Source: Candidatus Midichloria mitochondrii IricVA (GTDB lineage Bacteria > Pseudomonadota > Alphaproteobacteria > Rickettsiales > Midichloriaceae). Taken from it: a stretch of 32,000 nt of DNA. The notes beneath the pieces are model-generated. The model worked only from the letters and a program-made list of their open reading frames with translations, did no database searches and was not told the DNA's origin. Shown here piece by piece: positions 26,816 to 32,000 of this stretch. Location of the stretch: assembly GCF_000219355.1 (NCBI RefSeq), contig NC_015722.1:300001-332000 (forward strand), given 5' to 3'. The position numbers and the translations under genes are program-made. Within the stretch, counting starts at the first letter, position 1. The number at the start of each line of letters is the position of its first letter.

Positions 26816-26891
26816 TAAATTTATTTGCCTGTCTTGATATTAACTGTTAATAGCACTACCTAGGACGAGAAAATATTAATTTTAGACCCCA

Positions 26892-28049
26892 ATGAGTAAG
26901 AAAGATTATTATGAGACACTAGGAGTGGCAAAGAATGCTAGCCAGGACGAAATTAAAAGAGTCTATCGCAAATTAGCAATGAAATACCACCCTGATAGGA
27001 ATCCAGGAGACAAAGAGGCTGAAAGAAAATTTAAAGAATTAAATGACGCTTATGAAGTCCTAAAAGATGATTCAAAAAGAGCAGCATACGATAGATACGG
27101 AGATGCAGCTTTTGGAAACGGAGCAGCTGGAGCCGGTGGTGGGTTTCAAAGTGGATTTGGTGAGGATTTTTCTGATTTTGCTGACGTGTTTAGTAACATC
27201 TTTGGGTCTGGTTTTGGCTCTTCAGCGCGTGGATCAAGGAAGAAAAGTAATGCAGTAAGAGGCTCTGACCTTAGATATAATTTAAGTATTACCTTAGAAG
27301 AAGCATATCATGGCAAAAAACATACTATAAAGTATAAAACGGGAGTTAAATGTGACCCTTGCGGCGGCACTGGCAGAACTAATAGGTCTGGTTACACAAG
27401 CTGCTTAGCATGCGGAGGAACCGGCGCTATAAGAGTGCAGCAAGGATTTTTTACAGTAGAAACCGCTTGTAGGACTTGTAGTGGCACTGGCTCAGTCATA
27501 AAAGATCCATGTAAATCTTGTCATGGCCAGGGCAGAGTAGAAAAAGAAAAAAGTGTCGCTGTATCAATTCCAGCTGGAGTTGAGGATGAAACAAAGATTA
27601 GAGTAAGTGGTGAAGGGGAGGCTGGATTAAAAGGCAGCCCTTCAGGTGATTTATATATTTTTGTATCTATTAAGAAGCACCCTATTTTTAAAAGAAAAGA
27701 TAATGATCTATATTGCGATTTACCAATTAAGTTTACAACCGCAGTGTTAGGAGGCAAGGTTGAAGTGCCTTGTATAAATGGTGCTACCGCTATATTATCA
27801 ATACCTGCTGGAACCCAGTCTGGCTCTCAATTCAGATTGGCCGGTAAAGGAATGCTCATCATGAAGTCAAATAATGTTTTTGGTGATTTATATGTTAAAG
27901 CTGCTCTAGAGACTCCAATTAACTTAACAATTAGGCAGAAGGAGTTGCTTGAAGAGTTTGAGAAAGAAAGCTCAACTGGTTCAAGCCCTGAATCAGAAAG
28001 TTTTTTTCAGCGGGTAAAAAATTTCTGGGGTGATAAAAAAGATAAATAG
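26892..28049 (+). CDS. dnaJ: Molecular chaperone DnaJ (type I: J domain, G/F region, four CxxCxGxG zinc-finger repeats)
   Basis: 385-aa ORF. It has KDYYETLGV...[16 protein letters not shown], a G/F-rich linker, the repeats [24 protein letters not shown] and CKSCHGQG, and a C-terminal substrate-binding domain. Confidence 0.95.
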   Translation: MSKKDYYETLGVAKNASQDEIKRVYRKLAMKYHPDRNPGDKEAERKFKELNDAYEVLKDDSKRAAYDRYGDAAFGNGAAGAGGGFQSGFGEDFSDFADVFSNIFGSGFGSSARGSRKKSNAVRGSDLRYNLSITLEEAYHGKKHTIKYKTGVKCDPCGGTGRTNRSGYTSCLACGGTGAIRVQQGFFTVETACRTCSGTGSVIKDPCKSCHGQGRVEKEKSVAVSIPAGVEDETKIRVSGEGEAGLKGSPSGDLYIFVSIKKHPIFKRKDNDLYCDLPIKFTTAVLGGKVEVPCINGATAILSIPAGTQSGSQFRLAGKGMLIMKSNNVFGDLYVKAALETPINLTIRQKELLEEFEKESSTGSSPESESFFQRVKNFWGDKKDK

Positions 28050-28447
28050 CTGCATATCTAACGAACAGCCTCCTTTAATAGACTGATAAATAATGCTTTT
28101 GTGCTGAAGCGAGTTATGTGGTGCATAGTACATTAATATCGTGTGAGTTGAAGGGGTTCTCTATGTATGCAAAACTGTCATTCTTGATAAGCTTAGGTAT
28201 TATGAAGTGTGGCTGTTACTGCAGAATGTAAAGTCTCTACCCTGTTAGAGCAGACAAGATCTGATAATAAAGAACTCCAACTTGGAAACACAATCAACAA
28301 AAAGTCTTCTTCAAGGAATCTAGGCAGCTCCTTAGATTCACTAGGTACTACTAAGATTTTAAAGGAATGCAAAAAAGACCCATATGGATGATATACACAG
28401 TACATCAGGGAAGTCGATATGTGAAATGTGGAATTTTACCTAAACAT

Positions 28448-28921
28448 TAGCCGTAATAAGGTCTTTAAAGACATCACTCAGCGTGGGAAAACGTCGACCC
28501 GGATGGTTCTTTGGCCTCAATGATCAAGGAGAGATTATGTCATTCACACTGACTTCGGGTAATACAGATGATCGAGCCGTTGTCGAGAAACTGACTCAAT
28601 ATTTGACAGGCCTTCTATTCGGAGATCGGTGGTATATAAGCAAAAACACTGAGCAATCAAGGTATTGAGCTCATCACACGGCTTAAGAAAAACAAAACCC
28701 GCTTGCGGCTTTTAAACAACTGCTTCTTGCAGGGCGTGGGTTGATTGAAACAGCCATCGGACAATTGAAAGAGATTTGACAAATCCAGCACACACCGGCA
28801 TCGCTCGCCAAACAATTTCTTGGCAGACCTCTTTCTCAGGGCTCTTGGTTTATGTCTTCAAACCCAATATATCTCATGGAAAAATAGGCTCACGGGCATA
28901 CTCCTTACGTCAAACTGAGGT
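28448..28921 (+). mobile_element. IS982-family element, 5'-truncated copy (copy E) with intact right terminus
   Basis: It matches copy A2 from ..tagccgtaataagg.. to the right terminal repeat (..cgtcaaactgaggt at 28921). ORF 28483..28668 gives the same shifted-frame peptide as copies A2 and C. About 13 nt just upstream (ttttacctaaac, 28434-28445) matches an earlier IS segment, implying an additional internal deletion. Confidence 0.85.
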
Positions 28922-29387
28922 GAAGCAATGCGCCTAAGAGAAGTAGATTTCATTTTAGTTCCTTTCTGGAAAAGAAGATGCTTTCACTAAACAGGCCGTG
29001 CTGTAAATAAGATTCAGTATTATAGTAAGTTTATTATCAACAATGAGACTTATTGCAATTAGAGTTAATAATATACTGAGTAATATTTTTTGTTTAAGGG
29101 AAAACAGGAAAGTTGTATATTCATTATTCTCATTCAAACTAACACTTTCTGCACAGTAGCTGCTTATACCATAGTCGATAACCGCTGCATCTTCTAAAGT
29201 TAATATTTTTTATCTTGATGCAGATAGTTATTATCTATGTTATAAGCTTTTAAAAATTCGTAATTTTGCTTTTCCAAAGAAATATTGACGAAATTTCTTC
29301 GCACATAAGCGATGATTGTTATAATAAAAAAAATTTTTTGTAAAGAATTATTTTAATACTCAGGTATCTTGCTGTTTTATAAGAAAT

Positions 29388-32000
29388 ATGACTAGTTTTA
29401 TACATTTACGCGCTCATTCAGACTATTCCTTGGGTAAGAGTATTATAAAAATCCCAGACCTCATTAATAAAGCCAAGGCGGATAACATGCCAGCTCTTTG
29501 CCTTATGGACCGGGGCAATTTATTTGGTTCTCTTGAGTTTAGTATGGAGTGTTTAAAAAATGGGATTAAGCCCCTGATTGGCACTATACTAAAAATAGAT
29601 TTAGAAGCCGATACAGATAAACGGGAACCGCATTCTGAAATAGCTTTAATTGCAAAAGATCAAGATGGCTATCAAAATCTTTTGGAGTTAGTCAGTTTAT
29701 CTTTTTTAAGCTATTCTGACTCACAGCCCCATATAAAAATTTCTCGGCTTCTTAACTATTCTAAAGGACTAATCGCTTTATTTAATTCATTTGAAAGCCC
29801 CATGGCTGCTCTTATTAAAAAAGAACAGTATAAAGTCGCTGAGCGTTTACTAGAACAATTTCATAATAGCTTTAAAGAAAATCTATTCTTAGAACTAATT
29901 AGAACTGAAAAAAATAATTGGCAATTTCATGAGCACTGGCTCCTAGATAAAGCATTTGAAAAAGATATTCCTATCGTTGCCACTAACCCCATTTCATTTT
30001 TAAGAGCTAATTTATCTGAAGCACATGATGCTTTGCTATGTATAGCAAACAGTAGCTATATCTTAGAAGATAATAGAGAAAGATCAGATCCCGATCACTA
30101 TTTTAAAAACGAAGAAGAAATGAGAGCTCTGTTTTCAGACTTACCAGAAGCAATTGAAAACACTAAGTTAATAGCTTTAAAATCCTCTGTTTTTTCAGAG
30201 ACAAGGAAGCCTATTTTACCAAAATTTTCACATCTAATTGAAGATGAAACCTTAGAGCTACAGAAGCAGGCTATAGATGGTTTAAGAAAAAGACTCAATT
30301 CAGTAAAATACAATATAAATCAGCAAGAATATTTTAAGCGGCTTGAGTTTGAGCTTGGTGTTATCAATAAAATGCAGTTCCCCGGATACTTCTTAATTGT
30401 CTCTGATTTTATCAAGTGGAGCAAAGGGAATGGGATTTCAGTAGGCCCTGGTCGGGGTTCAGGAGCTGGCTCTATTGTTGCATGGGCGCTGGAAATCACT
30501 GATTTAGATCCAATAAAATTTGGTCTTCTATTTGAGAGATTTTTGAACCCAGAAAGAGTTTCGATGCCTGATTTTGATATCGATTTCTGTCAAGAGCGTC
30601 GAGATGAGGTGATTAATTATGTAAAAGACAAGTACGGTGCAGAAAGAGTTGCGCAGATTATTACTTTTGGAAAACTACAAGCTAGAGCTGTTTTAAGAGA
30701 TGTTGGAAGAGTAATGCAGATCCCTTATGGTTTAGTCGATAAGATTTGCAAAATGGTGCCGAATAACCCGGCTAATCCGATCACCTTATCAGAAGCAATA
30801 GCTCTAGATAAGCAATTACAAGACATGTGTGATGATGACCCAGATCTTGAAAAACTTCTTTCTATAAGCTTAGAACTAGAAGGAATTAACAGGCACGTCT
30901 CAACACACGCAGCAGGAATTATAATTGCCGATAGGCCATTGATAGAGTTGGTGCCCCTCTATATGGATTCTAATTCTTCAATGCAAACCATACAGTATTC
31001 ATTAAAATACGCAGATGCAGCAGGCTTAATGAAATTTGACTTTTTGGGTCTCAAAACCTTAACCGTGATATCACAAACAGTCCAGCTTATTGAAAAAAAC
31101 CGGGGAATAAGGATTAATCTTGCAAATATTGATTTTGAAGATAAAAAAACCTACCAACTGCTTTCACAAGGTCATACTGTTGGAATATTCCAGCTTGAGG
31201 GCGCTGGAATGAGAGAGGCAATAAAACAACTCAAGCCCGATTTTTTTGGCGACGTTATAGCACTTACCTCATTATACAGGCCAGGACCTATGGACAATAT
31301 CCCAAGTTATGTCAACAGGAAACATGGCCTCGAAACTCCAGATTATATACACCCAAGCTTAGAAAATCTTCTTAAAGAAACATATGGAATTATTATCTAT
31401 CAAGAGCAAGTTATGGAGCTTGCCCAAATACTTGCTGGATACAGTCTTGGTGAAGCCGACCTTTTAAGAAGAGCAATGGGTAAAAAAAATAAGCAAGAAA
31501 TGGATGAACAACGAGCTATTTTTATTGAAAGATGCATCGCTAACGAAATAAAAGAACAAAGAGCTGCTGAAATATTTGCCTTGATAGAGAAATTTGCAAG
31601 TTACGGCTTTAATAAGTCACATGCGGCTGCATATGCAGTTATCACTTACCAAACTGCGTATCTAAAAACCCATTATACTGCCGAATTCTTAACTGCTTCA
31701 ATGAACTTAGAGATCCATGATACAAGTAAAATAGGCATGTTTTGTAACGATGCGAAACTGTTTGGTATAGATATATTACTTCCTAATATCAATAGCTCCA
31801 ATGCATATTTTACAGTAGACGGAGATAAAATCCGTTATGGCTTAGCAGCCATCAGGGGTGTAGGAATCAAAGCAACGGTAGACATACAAGAAGAAAGAAG
31901 AACTGCACAATTTCAGAATATACACCAATTCATCGAAAGGTGCCATAATCTTATCAACAAGCGCGCTATGGAAAATTTGATAAAGGCAGGCACATTTGAT
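29388..32000 (+). CDS. dnaE: DNA polymerase III alpha subunit DnaE, 5' part (continues beyond the window)
   Basis: It is absent from the ORF track because no stop lies inside the window. ATG at 29388 gives MTSFIHLRAHSDYSLGKSIIKIPDLINKAK (PHP domain). Later blocks are FPGYFLIVSDFIKWSKGNGISVGPGRGSGAGSIVAWALEITDLDPIKFGLLFERFLNPERVSMPDFDIDF, LKFDFLGLKTL, YRPGPM and FNKSHAAAYA. The frame stays open to nt 32000 (871 codons). Confidence 0.95.
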   Translation, partial: MTSFIHLRAHSDYSLGKSIIKIPDLINKAKADNMPALCLMDRGNLFGSLEFSMECLKNGIKPLIGTILKIDLEADTDKREPHSEIALIAKDQDGYQNLLELVSLSFLSYSDSQPHIKISRLLNYSKGLIALFNSFESPMAALIKKEQYKVAERLLEQFHNSFKENLFLELIRTEKNNWQFHEHWLLDKAFEKDIPIVATNPISFLRANLSEAHDALLCIANSSYILEDNRERSDPDHYFKNEEEMRALFSDLPEAIENTKLIALKSSVFSETRKPILPKFSHLIEDETLELQKQAIDGLRKRLNSVKYNINQQEYFKRLEFELGVINKMQFPGYFLIVSDFIKWSKGNGISVGPGRGSGAGSIVAWALEITDLDPIKFGLLFERFLNPERVSMPDFDIDFCQERRDEVINYVKDKYGAERVAQIITFGKLQARAVLRDVGRVMQIPYGLVDKICKMVPNNPANPITLSEAIALDKQLQDMCDDDPDLEKLLSISLELEGINRHVSTHAAGIIIADRPLIELVPLYMDSNSSMQTIQYSLKYADAAGLMKFDFLGLKTLTVISQTVQLIEKNRGIRINLANIDFEDKKTYQLLSQGHTVGIFQLEGAGMREAIKQLKPDFFGDVIALTSLYRPGPMDNIPSYVNRKHGLETPDYIHPSLENLLKETYGIIIYQEQVMELAQILAGYSLGEADLLRRAMGKKNKQEMDEQRAIFIERCIANEIKEQRAAEIFALIEKFASYGFNKSHAAAYAVITYQTAYLKTHYTAEFLTASMNLEIHDTSKIGMFCNDAKLFGIDILLPNINSSNAYFTVDGDKIRYGLAAIRGVGIKATVDIQEERRTAQFQNIHQFIERCHNLINKRAMENLIKAGTFD

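Noticed and set aside
28955-29137. 60-aa hydrophobic ORF on the minus strand. Its open frame extends upstream without a start (..TLEDAAVIDYGISSYCAESVSLNENNEY..).
   Set aside because: There is no recognisable family, no clear start or RBS, and it lies in an AT-rich intergenic tract beside an IS end. It may be a gene fragment, but I cannot support a call.
1-32000. Scan for CRISPR arrays, tandem repeats, rRNA/tRNA genes and recognisable defence, toxin-antitoxin or secretion-system clusters.
   Set aside because: I saw no short direct-repeat/spacer periodicity, no tRNA-like T-arm or acceptor signatures in intergenic regions, and no defence-associated domains among the ORFs. sdhE (also known as the CptB antitoxin homologue) has no cptA-like small membrane ORF downstream.

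Overview
This is an AT-rich bacterial window that is mostly housekeeping genes. They are coaBC, sdhE, rlmB, hscBA, mutL, hup, ptrB, mnmE, rsmE, ispH, rpsT, dnaJ and the 5' 2.6 kb of dnaE. A TLC/NTT-type ATP/ADP translocase homologue and the general gene content suggest an obligate intracellular alphaproteobacterium of the Rickettsiales type; that is inference only. The unusual part is genome decay. One IS982-family element occurs in six degenerate copies or fragments, including a 348-bp MITE-like derivative. There is also one degraded IS1-family element and a second, unclassified repeat family. At least three genes are clear pseudogenes (a LysE-family exporter, queH and mpg). Two further genes, an MscS-family channel and mnmE, are broken only by single-base losses in short T or A runs. 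I found no rRNA, tRNA, CRISPR array, recognisable defence or toxin system, or obviously novel multi-gene system. Coordinates I derived by eye (IS ends, frameshift sites, pseudogene limits) may be off by 1-2 nt. Protein family calls rest on remembered family motifs, not on searches.
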